This document shows positions 21,800-31,675 of a stretch of 64,000 nt of DNA, piece by piece; the first letter of the stretch is position 1, and every line of letters starts with the position of its first letter. The stretch is taken from positions 190,921-254,920 of the forward strand of contig JBBTUN010000004.1 in NCBI GenBank assembly GCA_038063735.1, in the 5' to 3' direction. The position numbers and the translations under genes are program-made. The DNA comes from Patescibacteria group bacterium (lineage in GTDB: Bacteria; Patescibacteriota; Microgenomatia; Curtissbacterales; GWA2-41-24). The notes below the pieces were generated by a model, which saw only the letters and a list, made by a program, of their open reading frames with translations, was not told where the DNA came from and made no database searches.

Positions 21800-22944
21800 G
21801 GATAAACAGAGTTTTTCTGCGAAAAAGCAAAGCTTTTCTGCGAATAGGCATAGATGCCAGATTTGTCGGTCCGCAAGGAACCGGGCTCGGTAAATACACA
21901 GAAAAGTTAATCGAGAATTTACAAAAGATCGACAGCAAAAATTCCTATGCTATATTTTTAAAGCAAGCCAACTGGGATCACTTAAAACTCCAAAACAAGA
22001 ACTTTAAAAAAACACTGGCAGACATCAGCTGGTATTCCCTAGAAGAACAATTAAAAATGGCAGGCATTTACAACGAGCAAAATTTAGATCTTTTGCATGT
22101 CCCCCACTTCAATGTGCCAATTCTTTACAGGAAAAAATTCATTGTCACCATTCACGATCTTATTCATCACGATTTTTCCCAGGAATCGGCTACAACCAAA
22201 AACCCGCTTATTTACAAACTTAAAAGGGGGGCATACAAATATACAATTAGAAATGCCGTAAAAAAATCACAAAAAATAATTGTCCCATCAGAATTTGTAA
22301 AAGGGCAATTGCTGACGAAGTTCGGCACAGACGAATCAAAAATTAAAGTAATTTACGAAGCCGCAGAAGAAGAGTATTTCAACCATCAGCCATCAACCAT
22401 CAGCCATCAACCATCTTTTCTATATGTAGGTAATGCATATCCGCACAAAAACCTCAACAACTTACTCGATGCTTTTAGAATACTCACCACCAACCACCAA
22501 CCACCAACCACCAAACTAATCCTGGTTTGTCCAAGAGACATTTTTTGGCAGAGATTACAAAAGGAAATAAAAAGCCGTAACTTGGAAAAAACAGTAGAAG
22601 TTAAAGGTTATTTAGACACAGGTGAACTAAGCAAACTTTTTCAAAAGGCTCAAGCGTATGTATTCCCATCTCTTTCCGAGGGTTTCGGGATTCCGGGGCT
22701 AAACGCAATGGCAGCCGGTGTGCCCGTTCTTGCGTCCAACATCCCAACGCTTCAAGAAATTTATCAAGACGCAGCCGTTTATTTCGACCCCAATGATCCA
22801 GCAGATATTGCCGACAAAATTATCACCCTGCTCAGTTCGGCAAAAATAAAAGACGAATTGGTAAAAAAAGGCTTAGCCCAAGTAAAAAAATATTCCTGGC
22901 AAAAAATGGCCGAAGAAACCCTGGCAGTTTACGAAAATAGCTAG
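21796..22944 (+). CDS. GT4 glycosyltransferase (MtfB-like) with internal repeat insertions
   Basis: IGIDAR, VTIHDL, YPHKN, EGFGIPGLNAM; low-complexity NHQPSTISHQPS and TTNHQPPTT inserts. Confidence 0.9.
   Translation: MRINRVFLRKSKAFLRIGIDARFVGPQGTGLGKYTEKLIENLQKIDSKNSYAIFLKQANWDHLKLQNKNFKKTLADISWYSLEEQLKMAGIYNEQNLDLLHVPHFNVPILYRKKFIVTIHDLIHHDFSQESATTKNPLIYKLKRGAYKYTIRNAVKKSQKIIVPSEFVKGQLLTKFGTDESKIKVIYEAAEEEYFNHQPSTISHQPSFLYVGNAYPHKNLNNLLDAFRILTTNHQPPTTKLILVCPRDIFWQRLQKEIKSRNLEKTVEVKGYLDTGELSKLFQKAQAYVFPSLSEGFGIPGLNAMAAGVPVLASNIPTLQEIYQDAAVYFDPNDPADIADKIITLLSSAKIKDELVKKGLAQVKKYSWQKMAEETLAVYENS
22381..22415 (+). repeat. Heptanucleotide tandem repeat A(A/G)CCATC x5
   Basis: aaccatc agccatc aaccatc agccatc aaccatc read directly. 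Confidence 0.95.
22486..22513 (+). repeat. Heptanucleotide tandem repeat ACCACCA x4
   Basis: Four perfect copies read directly. Confidence 0.95.
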
Positions 22945-22961
22945 TGCGATATAATTCCCAG

Positions 22962-25403
22962 GTGCCTAAACCTCCTAGTGCAACAAAGACGCAAGTTAGT
23001 AACATCTTAAATCGACCATTTGTTCGGCCTCTGCTGTTTTACTTAGCATTAAATGTCATTATTTTTCTCCCAATTTTCAAAGGTAAAATTAACCTAAATA
23101 CACACCTTCTTATAAGCAGTTATTCTGTATTCGATCAATTATTACCTTCCAAAGCAACTAGTTGGGATCAGTTTAGGTTTTTTTATCCTCAAATCAGTTA
23201 CACGCAAACACAGCTTAAAGCCTTTCAAGTACCTTATTGGAACCCTTATATTTATGCAGGTACACCTCATTTTGCTAACTTTCAAAGCGCCTTGTTTTAT
23301 CCACTAACTGTCTTTGCCCTATTTTTATCTACGTATAGTTACTGGAACTTTCTCCGCTTCACACCATACTTTTTAGGAGCCATTTTTACATACATTTACA
23401 TTAGAAATTTAAAACTGAGTAACCTTGCGGCTTTTTTTGGCGGGTTAACATTTGGATTTAGCCCTCTCATGCTGACTTGGGGCGAAGAAATTGTAATTTT
23501 GCCTCACAGTATTATTTGGCTTCCCCTGGTCTTATATTTTGTGGACAAATTTGCAGAATCTAAAAAGTTTAAGTACATATTGATACTTGCGCTTGTGCAG
23601 TCACTTCAAATTTTCTCTGGTTTCGTTCAGTCATATATTTACACGGTCATAGTGGCGGGTCTTTATTTTTTTTATCGAGCGCCAAAGAGTTTTAAAATGG
23701 TAACAGCTTTTTTCGGGAGTGTATTTCTCACCTTTGCTATCAGCGCCATTCAACTTCTTCCATCAATGCAGCTTTATATTCTTTCTGCCCGCAACGCTTA
23801 TAAACCAACAGATTTGTATCATTTCTTGCTTCCTGTATCTCAATTAATAACTTTTTTTGCACCCGACTACTTTGGAAATCCTGCAACTATGAATTCAATT
23901 GGTGGCAAAGGGGCAACGTATTACGAAGGAGTGTTTTTCTTTGGTATTGCAGCGTTAATTTTTTCACTTTATGCGATTTGGCATCATAAGAATAAGCTAA
24001 TCAGTTTCTATTTAATCACAATTATTATTACCTTGCTGCTAACTATTAATTCTTATTTTTCTAGGCTTCAATTTTCCCTGCAAATTCCATTTCTGTCGTC
24101 CACCATCCCCAATAGAGCACTTTTTATAACTACTTTTTCCTTTGCAGTCATTAGTGCATTTGGACTCGAGTTTTTTATGAAAAAAAGAAGCGCGGCAATA
24201 AAACCGGTCATAATTTTTATGACTTTTCTATACTCACTCTTTATCATTTCTCCCGCGATGTCCCTAATATTCAAGGCTCTGTATTATGCAGATAAATCAG
24301 CAAACGCCCTTATCTCTTTAAGAAATTTGGTTGTACCAATGACATTGTTTTTTATTACATCTCTTGCGCTAATTTTCTCCCAAAAAAATGACCGATTAAA
24401 AAAATTCGCGCCCTACCTCATAATAGGCCTAGCCATAATACACGTTTACCTTTTTGCGAGTAAATATTTCACTTTCACAGAGCAAAAATTTCTCTATCCA
24501 AAAATAAAGGCCCTAGAATATATCCAATCAAACCAAGGCTTATACAGAAGTTGGACAATGACCGGAGACAGACTTCTAAACAACATATTTGTGCCATACA
24601 AAATTAACTATCCAGAAGGTTACGACCCAGCAAACATAAATTCGTACCTTCAATTCACATCCTACTTTAGAGAACCAAATGAGGCCAATTTACAAAGGAC
24701 TGTCGCAGAGCTAGGAATGAGGTATAGCGTTGACCAAACCCTAGGTGACAATTCTAAATTAAGGTTATTAAACATTCTCGGAATCAAATACATTTTAGGC
24801 AACAAAAGCGCCAAAGAGGAATTTGAAAAATACAATTTTAAAACAGTTTTTGCAGACCAAGGTGATTCTGCCCTCGCAGTGTATGAAAACCCGCAAGTAT
24901 TGCCAAGAGCATACATGGTATCTTCTTATGAGAATTTTGCCATAAACAAAAAAGGGGAGGATACCTTAGATGGGCTCAAGCCGATATTTATTCGGATGAG
25001 GGCAGAGAATTTTGATTACAAGGATTCGGTAATTTTAGAAAATCAAACGCCCAACTTTAATCCGACAAAAGGTGAAGCAGTTGTTCAAATTGTTAATTAT
25101 GGGCCTACAAATATAGAAATAAGAACCAAATCACAAAACCCCAAAATCCTAATCCTTACCGATAATTATTACCCAGGCTGGAGAGTAAGCATAGACGGCA
25201 AAGAAACACAACTACTGGTCGCCAACCATACGTTTAAAGCCGTTTCTGTTTCCAAAGGGGATCACGAAATCAAATTCTATTTTAAAAACAACGTCTATAA
25301 GTTTGGAGCATATATAAGCGCCATCTCATTATTATTTACATTTTTGTTGCTGTTATTTACAGGCACTAGGAAAAATTCTGATAAAAGCATAAAACAAAAA
25401 TAG
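22962..25403 (+). CDS. YfhO-family membrane protein (GT-C)
   Basis: PYWNPY.YAGTP.FANFQSALFYP, LPRAY, DNYYPGW, KG.HEI.F. GTG 22962 follows TATAAT by 6 nt (alternative start 22944). Confidence 0.88.
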   Translation: MPKPPSATKTQVSNILNRPFVRPLLFYLALNVIIFLPIFKGKINLNTHLLISSYSVFDQLLPSKATSWDQFRFFYPQISYTQTQLKAFQVPYWNPYIYAGTPHFANFQSALFYPLTVFALFLSTYSYWNFLRFTPYFLGAIFTYIYIRNLKLSNLAAFFGGLTFGFSPLMLTWGEEIVILPHSIIWLPLVLYFVDKFAESKKFKYILILALVQSLQIFSGFVQSYIYTVIVAGLYFFYRAPKSFKMVTAFFGSVFLTFAISAIQLLPSMQLYILSARNAYKPTDLYHFLLPVSQLITFFAPDYFGNPATMNSIGGKGATYYEGVFFFGIAALIFSLYAIWHHKNKLISFYLITIIITLLLTINSYFSRLQFSLQIPFLSSTIPNRALFITTFSFAVISAFGLEFFMKKRSAAIKPVIIFMTFLYSLFIISPAMSLIFKALYYADKSANALISLRNLVVPMTLFFITSLALIFSQKNDRLKKFAPYLIIGLAIIHVYLFASKYFTFTEQKFLYPKIKALEYIQSNQGLYRSWTMTGDRLLNNIFVPYKINYPEGYDPANINSYLQFTSYFREPNEANLQRTVAELGMRYSVDQTLGDNSKLRLLNILGIKYILGNKSAKEEFEKYNFKTVFADQGDSALAVYENPQVLPRAYMVSSYENFAINKKGEDTLDGLKPIFIRMRAENFDYKDSVILENQTPNFNPTKGEAVVQIVNYGPTNIEIRTKSQNPKILILTDNYYPGWRVSIDGKETQLLVANHTFKAVSVSKGDHEIKFYFKNNVYKFGAYISAISLLFTFLLLLFTGTRKNSDKSIKQK

Positions 25404-25454
25404 TCGATTTTTACAAAGACAAATTAAGTAGCCGAGCTAAGTTATAATTTCCCT

Positions 25455-26546
25455 ATGAGGATTACTCTTGTTCACGATGACTTTTGCCAGATTGGCGGGG
25501 CGGAGAGGTTATTTGCAGAAATTGCCAAGATTTATCCCAATGCACCAATTTATACATCTTTAGTCAATTGGTCAAAAATTCCAAGATCAATAAGTCCAAA
25601 TCGAATCCATACTTCATTTATCCAAAAAATTCCATATGCAGCTAAACTCTATAAAATTCTACTGCCGCTTTATCCACTGGCCTTCGAAAGCTTTGATTTT
25701 TCAGGCTTTGACCTTGTAATCAGCTCAACCACTCGTTTTGCAAAGTCAATTGTCACAAAACCAAGCACCATCCATATTTCCTATGTAAACAGTGCCCCTC
25801 GATTTCTTTACAATCAGGATCAAGCAAATGAGTACCTGCCACAATCGTTAAGGTTTATTCTCAAGCCTTATTTTAATTGGTTAAAAAGATGGGATAAGAC
25901 TGCTTCATCTCGAGCAGATTTTTATGTAGCAAATTCGCAAAACATCGCTGCCCAAATAAAAAATGTTTACGGCAGGGAGGCAGGAATTGTGCACCCCGCG
26001 GTAGATACTGACTTTTTTCAAAATAGCCGTAAATCTCAGAAGTCGGGTTATTACTTGGTTGTTTCCAGGCTTGTTAAATGGAAGAAGATTGATATTGCCA
26101 TCGAAGCGTGTCAGCAGCTTGGTGTAAACCTTAAAATTGTCGGCAAGGGACCAGACACCAACCGGCTCAAAAAATTATCTGGAAATAGCATTGAATTTAT
26201 AGACAATGCTACCCGCGAAGAACTGAGGGGTCTTTATCAAAACGCAAAAGCCCTAATTGTGACTCAAGAGGAAGATTTTGGAATGGCCATGGTCGAAGCT
26301 CAAGCTTGTGGAACTAGCATTATCGCTTATGGATTTGGCGGTTCCAAAGAAATTGTTGTAGACGGAAAAACCGGCTTATTTTTTAATAAGCAAACTCCTC
26401 AATCGGCAAAAGATGCAATTAACAGGCATTCTAAGTTAAAATGGGGAAGTACCGCCTGTAGGAAGAGCGCCTTGAGATTCTCAAGAGCGACCTTCAGGAA
26501 TAATTTGACTAGTGCTGTCAGCAAATATGCCATCCCAAACCACTGA
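25455..26546 (+). CDS. GT4 glycosyltransferase (WbaZ-like mannosyltransferase)
   Basis: LVHD....GGAER, APIYTS, SRLVKWK, EEDFGM.MVEAQACG. Confidence 0.88.
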   Translation: MRITLVHDDFCQIGGAERLFAEIAKIYPNAPIYTSLVNWSKIPRSISPNRIHTSFIQKIPYAAKLYKILLPLYPLAFESFDFSGFDLVISSTTRFAKSIVTKPSTIHISYVNSAPRFLYNQDQANEYLPQSLRFILKPYFNWLKRWDKTASSRADFYVANSQNIAAQIKNVYGREAGIVHPAVDTDFFQNSRKSQKSGYYLVVSRLVKWKKIDIAIEACQQLGVNLKIVGKGPDTNRLKKLSGNSIEFIDNATREELRGLYQNAKALIVTQEEDFGMAMVEAQACGTSIIAYGFGGSKEIVVDGKTGLFFNKQTPQSAKDAINRHSKLKWGSTACRKSALRFSRATFRNNLTSAVSKYAIPNH

Positions 26547-27675
26547 TCTTAAAATAAAGTCGCGCAATTCGCGTTCCTCTGATTCCAGCGCGCTCAAAAT
26601 AGCCCTCTTTTGTGGAGGTACAGGCACCAGAATGTGGCCCATGAGCCGCAAGGCTTTGCCTAAACAGTTCCAACCCCTAATCGAAAATCAGTCTACCTTC
26701 GAAATGATGATAAACCGTCTTTCGTCTAAATTTGCCATGCACAACATCTTTCCGGTGACAACCCGGGACAATGTTGGTTGGATCGTAAAACTTGCGCCGG
26801 AAATCCCCCTTGAGAACATAATCATTGAGCCGGAAATGCGGGACACCGCAGCAGCGGTCGGCTTAGCAGCAGCAGTTTTAGATAAAAAGTTTAATGACCC
26901 AAGCGTTGTAAGTCTCTGGAGCGATCATGTTGTTAGAAACGAAAAGCAATTCATAGCGGCAATTGAGCTCGCCGCAAAAACGGCGCAGGAAACAGGGAAA
27001 TTCGTAAAAATCGGTGTTAGACCAACGTTTCCAAGCGTCGCTCTTGGCTACTTAAAAGTGGGCAAAATGTTAAAGCGTGAAAACGGTATGGCCATTTTTG
27101 AATACATCACCCAAATAGAAAAACCCAAGTACGAGGAAGCAAAAAATTTTACCGAGAGCTGGGAATATTTATGGCACATTGGTTATTCTGTTTGGTCGGC
27201 CGCAAAAATGCTGGACTTTTATGAAAAATATTTCAAGGAGGGGGCGAGTCCCCTAGTTAAAATCCAAAAAGCCTGGGGCACACCTGAGCAAGAAGCAGTT
27301 CTGAAGGAAGAGTACACCAAAATACCCAAAACTTCCGTAGATTTTGCAATATACTCGCACCTAACGCCGGCTGATCAGGTAGTAGTTTCTGCCGACCTTG
27401 GTTGGCGTGACGTTGGGACCTGGAACGAATTAAAGGATGAAATGGCCGCAAAGCCTCAGGACAACATTTTTCAAGGCCTGGTAATGGACATAGACCTTAA
27501 AGATTGCTTAGTATACAGCAATAAAAAGGAAAAAATCATAGCTGCAATTGGCCTTGAAGGGTTAGTAATAGTTGATACAGAAGACGCTCTTCTAATTTGC
27601 CCCAAAGACAAAACGCAAGACGTTAAAAAAGTTATTGAGAGACTAAAAGAAGAGAATAAAGAAGATTTTCTATAA
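26527..27675 (+). CDS. manC: Mannose-1-phosphate guanylyltransferase (no PMI domain)
   Basis: GGTGTRMWPMSRK..PKQF, IEP..RDTA, SDH, IEKP, SVDFAI, LGWRDVGTW, DALLI. Confidence 0.9.
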   Translation: MPSQTTDLKIKSRNSRSSDSSALKIALFCGGTGTRMWPMSRKALPKQFQPLIENQSTFEMMINRLSSKFAMHNIFPVTTRDNVGWIVKLAPEIPLENIIIEPEMRDTAAAVGLAAAVLDKKFNDPSVVSLWSDHVVRNEKQFIAAIELAAKTAQETGKFVKIGVRPTFPSVALGYLKVGKMLKRENGMAIFEYITQIEKPKYEEAKNFTESWEYLWHIGYSVWSAAKMLDFYEKYFKEGASPLVKIQKAWGTPEQEAVLKEEYTKIPKTSVDFAIYSHLTPADQVVVSADLGWRDVGTWNELKDEMAAKPQDNIFQGLVMDIDLKDCLVYSNKKEKIIAAIGLEGLVIVDTEDALLICPKDKTQDVKKVIERLKEENKEDFL

Positions 27676-27683
27676 TTCCCAAA

Positions 27684-28334
27684 ATGTTTTACGACACGGT
27701 TAAGCGCTTTATTGACATTATTGGTTCGTCCATCGCTCTCGCGATTTTTTCACCCGTAATATTACTGTTTATGGCCCTTGTAAAACTTACCTCCAGTGGT
27801 CCAATTTTTTATACACCAAAAAGGGTAGGCCGTGGTGGCAAGCTTTTTAAAATGCTTAAGTTTCGAAGTATGTATATGTACAAAATAGACGGAAAGCTGG
27901 TTCACGCTCAAAAATATTTGGACATTAACGTCAAATTGAAAAAAGAGTATCAAGAAAATAGCTTTAAGCTGCAAAATGATCCCAGAATAACCCCGATTGG
28001 CAAAATCCTACGAAGGCTCTCAATTGACGAATTACCTCAACTGATTAATGTACTTGTCGGCGACATGTCACTCGTTGGACCAAGAGCCTATCAGCAGGAT
28101 GAACTTATTCATCAACAAAAAGTCTATCCCCAAACCTCAAAATACGTTAAAATTATACTTAAGGCAAGACCGGGTGCTTCTGGTCCATGGCAAGTTTCCG
28201 GAAGGTCTTTTATAAACTTCGATTCGCGGGTTGTAATGGACGCAAAATACGTAGAAAAGCGCTCAATAATTTATGATACCTGGATTCTTATTAAAACCCC
28301 TTTTTCTATGGTTGTTGGGACTGGAGCAGTGTAA
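27684..28334 (+). CDS. Priming sugar-phosphate transferase (Bac_transf, WcaJ/WbaP C-domain)
   Basis: KRFIDI, KFRSM, DPRITPIG..LRRLSIDELPQL.NVL.GDMSLVGPR, WQVSGR. Confidence 0.92.
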   Translation: MFYDTVKRFIDIIGSSIALAIFSPVILLFMALVKLTSSGPIFYTPKRVGRGGKLFKMLKFRSMYMYKIDGKLVHAQKYLDINVKLKKEYQENSFKLQNDPRITPIGKILRRLSIDELPQLINVLVGDMSLVGPRAYQQDELIHQQKVYPQTSKYVKIILKARPGASGPWQVSGRSFINFDSRVVMDAKYVEKRSIIYDTWILIKTPFSMVVGTGAV

Positions 28335-28342
28335 ATAAAAAT

Positions 28343-30154
28343 ATGAAAAGAAGACTAACCTCTCTTTTGTTGCTCCTTGTAGTTGTTTATGGCGTCTTAA
28401 CGGTTGTAGCCGGTATTTCTCTAAGACAAGCCGTTAAATCAACCGCGAAAGTCGCTGAAGCGGCAAAAGCGCAAGATCTGGACGGAATCAAAAAGAGTAT
28501 TGGTAATGCAAAAGGAGATTTTAGTAGAACTAAAGTCATTCTTATTGCCTTTACGCCTTTAAGAGTTATTCCTGTTTTAGGTTGGTACGTAGCCGATGCC
28601 CAAAGAGGGGCAAGCGCGGCAGTTGCAGGTCTTTCGGCGACGCAAACCTTAGCAGAAGCCGTTACGCCCTATGCCGACGTTTTGGGCTTAAAAGGCAAGG
28701 GCACGTTCCTGGGGGGAACCGCCCAGGAAAGGTTGTCAAGCGTCGTAGAAACTTTGTCAAAAGTAACTCCACAATTGGATTCTGTAGGAAAAGATTTAAC
28801 GGTTGTCAGAAAAAATGTTGACCAAATTCAATCATGGCGATACCCAAACTTTTTGCCAAAGAAACCTGGCGAGAAAATTGATAGAGCCAAAAGTGCTATA
28901 GACGAAGTAGAAACATTCATTACAGAAGCACGCCCCCTAATTGAAGTACTTCCGGAAATAATGGGTCAAAATAAGGAGAAAAAATATCTAATTTTAATCC
29001 AAAACGATAAGGAACTGCGGCCCACCGGGGGTTTTATTACGGCCTACGCAATTTTTAGAGTCAATAAGGGAAGCATTCAATCGGAAGGGTCACAGGATAT
29101 ATATCAACTTGATGCTACCTTAAAAAAGCAAATATCGGCACCGGACCCGATTAGAAAATATCTCGAAGTAAACTCCCTGCACATCAGAGACTCTAACCTT
29201 TCACCGGATTTTGTTTCATCGATGAATCTTTTTCAAAACTTGTACGCAAGCTCCAGCGCCAAAAAAGAATACGACGGCATTATAGCTGTAGATACACAAT
29301 TTGTGCTGAACCTTATTGATGTTTTGGGTCCAATTGAAGCGTTAGGTCAAAAATTCACGGCAGACAAAGTTGACGCATGTGCTTGTCCCCAAATTATTTA
29401 TGAGTTGGAAAAATATGCAGACGAACCTGTTTCTTATGAAAAAGACGACAGGAAAGGCATAATTGGAGTTTTAATGCAGCAAATTATGTCTAAAACATTT
29501 GAAGCTCCACAATCAAAATGGCCCGACATAATCAGTACCATGCTCTCCTCCCTGCAGCAAAAAAACATCCTACTTTACTTTAAGGACACCAAATCTCAAG
29601 CTGCTGTCGAAAAAGTCAACTTTGCAGGCCGAATTTACGAATACAACGGCGACTATTTAAGCATTAATGAAACAAACTTTGGCGGTGCCAAATCGAACCT
29701 GTACATAGAGGAAAAGGTAAAAATGCAAGTTAAAAAAGACAACGACCAGTTAAATAAAAAGGTCACCATCGAATACAAGTATCCAAGAAAAGGGGACAAT
29801 TGTAACTTAGAGCGCAGTGGCGGCCTGTGTCTTGCAGGTACTTACAGGGACTGGATCCGTATTTATGTACCAAAGGGTTCAAAATTGATTAAATCAAGCG
29901 GAATCGAAGTTCTGCTTACTTCAAGTGAAGAGCTGGACAAAACAGTCTTTGAAGGATTCTTAACCATTGCACCCGAAAAAACAGCAAAATTGGAGTTTGA
30001 GTACACCTCTCCTGTTAAGGTAGGTAAAGAGTACAAGTTGCTTATCCAAAAACAGCCAGGCAATCCTGGACACAGTTACGAAATAGATGCATTTGGTAAA
30101 AAGCAAAAAAGTTTCCCGCTAACTCAAGACAAAGAGCTAATCGTCAAAATTTAG
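28343..30154 (+). CDS. DUF4012-domain membrane-anchored protein
   Basis: YLILIQND.ELRPTGGFI, RDSNLSPDF, DGIIAVD, KSNLY, IQKQPG. Confidence 0.85.
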   Translation: MKRRLTSLLLLLVVVYGVLTVVAGISLRQAVKSTAKVAEAAKAQDLDGIKKSIGNAKGDFSRTKVILIAFTPLRVIPVLGWYVADAQRGASAAVAGLSATQTLAEAVTPYADVLGLKGKGTFLGGTAQERLSSVVETLSKVTPQLDSVGKDLTVVRKNVDQIQSWRYPNFLPKKPGEKIDRAKSAIDEVETFITEARPLIEVLPEIMGQNKEKKYLILIQNDKELRPTGGFITAYAIFRVNKGSIQSEGSQDIYQLDATLKKQISAPDPIRKYLEVNSLHIRDSNLSPDFVSSMNLFQNLYASSSAKKEYDGIIAVDTQFVLNLIDVLGPIEALGQKFTADKVDACACPQIIYELEKYADEPVSYEKDDRKGIIGVLMQQIMSKTFEAPQSKWPDIISTMLSSLQQKNILLYFKDTKSQAAVEKVNFAGRIYEYNGDYLSINETNFGGAKSNLYIEEKVKMQVKKDNDQLNKKVTIEYKYPRKGDNCNLERSGGLCLAGTYRDWIRIYVPKGSKLIKSSGIEVLLTSSEELDKTVFEGFLTIAPEKTAKLEFEYTSPVKVGKEYKLLIQKQPGNPGHSYEIDAFGKKQKSFPLTQDKELIVKI

Positions 30155-30174
30155 TATAGTTGAAGTAAAGAGCC

Positions 30175-30804
30175 ATGAATCAAAAAGCTGAAGGAATAAT
30201 TTTGTCTCGTAGAAATTTAGGAGAAGCAGACAGAATTTTAACGATCTACACAAAAGAGTTTGGAAAAATAAGCTGTATTGCCAAAGGAGTAAGAAAGCCA
30301 ACCTCAAGAAAGTCTGGCCATGTAGAGCTTGGAAGTTGGTGCAAAATATATGTAGCACATGGCAAAAGTTTAGATATTCTAACGGAGGTGGAACTTAAAA
30401 AATCATTTGGCCACGACGACTCAACCCAAGAAAAAACCAATCGTATCTACCACATGCTGGAGCTCGTAAATTGTCTTACTGCTCAAAATCAAAAAAATTC
30501 ACAAGTCTTCTTCCTTCTAATTGAGTATTTAAAAAAACTCGCGCAAGGCGAGAGTTTCAACCTTATATCAACCGTTTTTAAACTAAAATTGCTCTCTGCG
30601 CTCGGTTTTTTCTCTTCCGTTAACCTTAAACATACACAGTCAAAATTATTGTTGGAAAAATTTGAAAGCGACAAATTTGAAGACCTTAAAAACATAAATA
30701 TTAATGAAGAAAATTATTTGAAACTTCTGGCATTTCTTGATAGCATTATTGAAAACGTTACCGAAAGAAAACTGTATACCAACAAGTTTATAATCGCTCA
30801 CTAA
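30175..30804 (+). CDS. recO: DNA repair protein RecO (no Zn finger)
   Basis: GIIL...GEADRILTIYT..GKI..AKGVRK..SR; lies next to glyQS. Confidence 0.9.
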   Translation: MNQKAEGIILSRRNLGEADRILTIYTKEFGKISCIAKGVRKPTSRKSGHVELGSWCKIYVAHGKSLDILTEVELKKSFGHDDSTQEKTNRIYHMLELVNCLTAQNQKNSQVFFLLIEYLKKLAQGESFNLISTVFKLKLLSALGFFSSVNLKHTQSKLLLEKFESDKFEDLKNININEENYLKLLAFLDSIIENVTERKLYTNKFIIAH

Positions 30805-30835
30805 AAATCGAAAAAAGCGATTAAGCAATTTATTA

Positions 30836-31675
30836 ATGCCACAATCTAAAAGAAATCTATACATAATTGCCGCAGTTTCCCTGCTATTAATTTTTGTTGT
30901 TATTTATTCCTTATTTATATTTCAAAAACAGCAAAAACAAATAAAGGTGAACGACACCCCCGCGGAGATCAAACAAATTACCGACGTGGACATGTCCAAA
31001 AGGCCGTTTATTACCCTAACGCCAACTGCCAACGGATCCGAAATCATCATATCAATCGAAAACATGCAGGAGTTTGAAAATATAGAATATGAGCTAACAT
31101 ATCTTGCGGACAATCCACAAATACCAAATGAAAAAATAGAACGAGGCGCAACAGGCACCGATATAAACACAAAAGACGAAAAGTATAAAAAATCCATTCT
31201 TCTTGGAACTGCCTCAAAAGGTGCTGCCAGTCCGGACAGGGGAATCACCGACGGTAAACTAACACTGCACCTTTTTAAAGGAGCTATCGAATATCAATCA
31301 GAAAGCAAGTGGCAACTTCTCCAGGTTGGTCTGACAACAAAAGAAATCATAAGCGATGATGGGAATTTTGTTATAAAATTACCGCCATTTACCAAAGATT
31401 ATTATGCAATTCTTGCCGATACTGTCGGAATTCCGCCAAAAGGGGAGTTTGATGTAAATAAGGTACAGTTACCCGTATACGGTGTGTTCTCAACAGCACC
31501 AAAATTCCCCAAAAAAGGCTCGTTGTCGATTAAAACTGACAAACAAGACCCAAAACTTTTTGTTTACAACCACCAGGATTCAATCTGGGGTAATCAAGAT
31601 GCGACTCGCGAAGGCGACACTCTCACAAGCCAAATTGAATTTTTTAGCACTTTTGTGGTAGTCTCCTCAAAATGA
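30836..31675 (+). CDS. Hypothetical protein with single N-terminal TM anchor
   Basis: 279-aa ORF, N-terminal TM, IEYELTY and LLGTASKG segments; overlaps glyQS start. Confidence 0.75.
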   Translation: MPQSKRNLYIIAAVSLLLIFVVIYSLFIFQKQQKQIKVNDTPAEIKQITDVDMSKRPFITLTPTANGSEIIISIENMQEFENIEYELTYLADNPQIPNEKIERGATGTDINTKDEKYKKSILLGTASKGAASPDRGITDGKLTLHLFKGAIEYQSESKWQLLQVGLTTKEIISDDGNFVIKLPPFTKDYYAILADTVGIPPKGEFDVNKVQLPVYGVFSTAPKFPKKGSLSIKTDKQDPKLFVYNHQDSIWGNQDATREGDTLTSQIEFFSTFVVVSSK

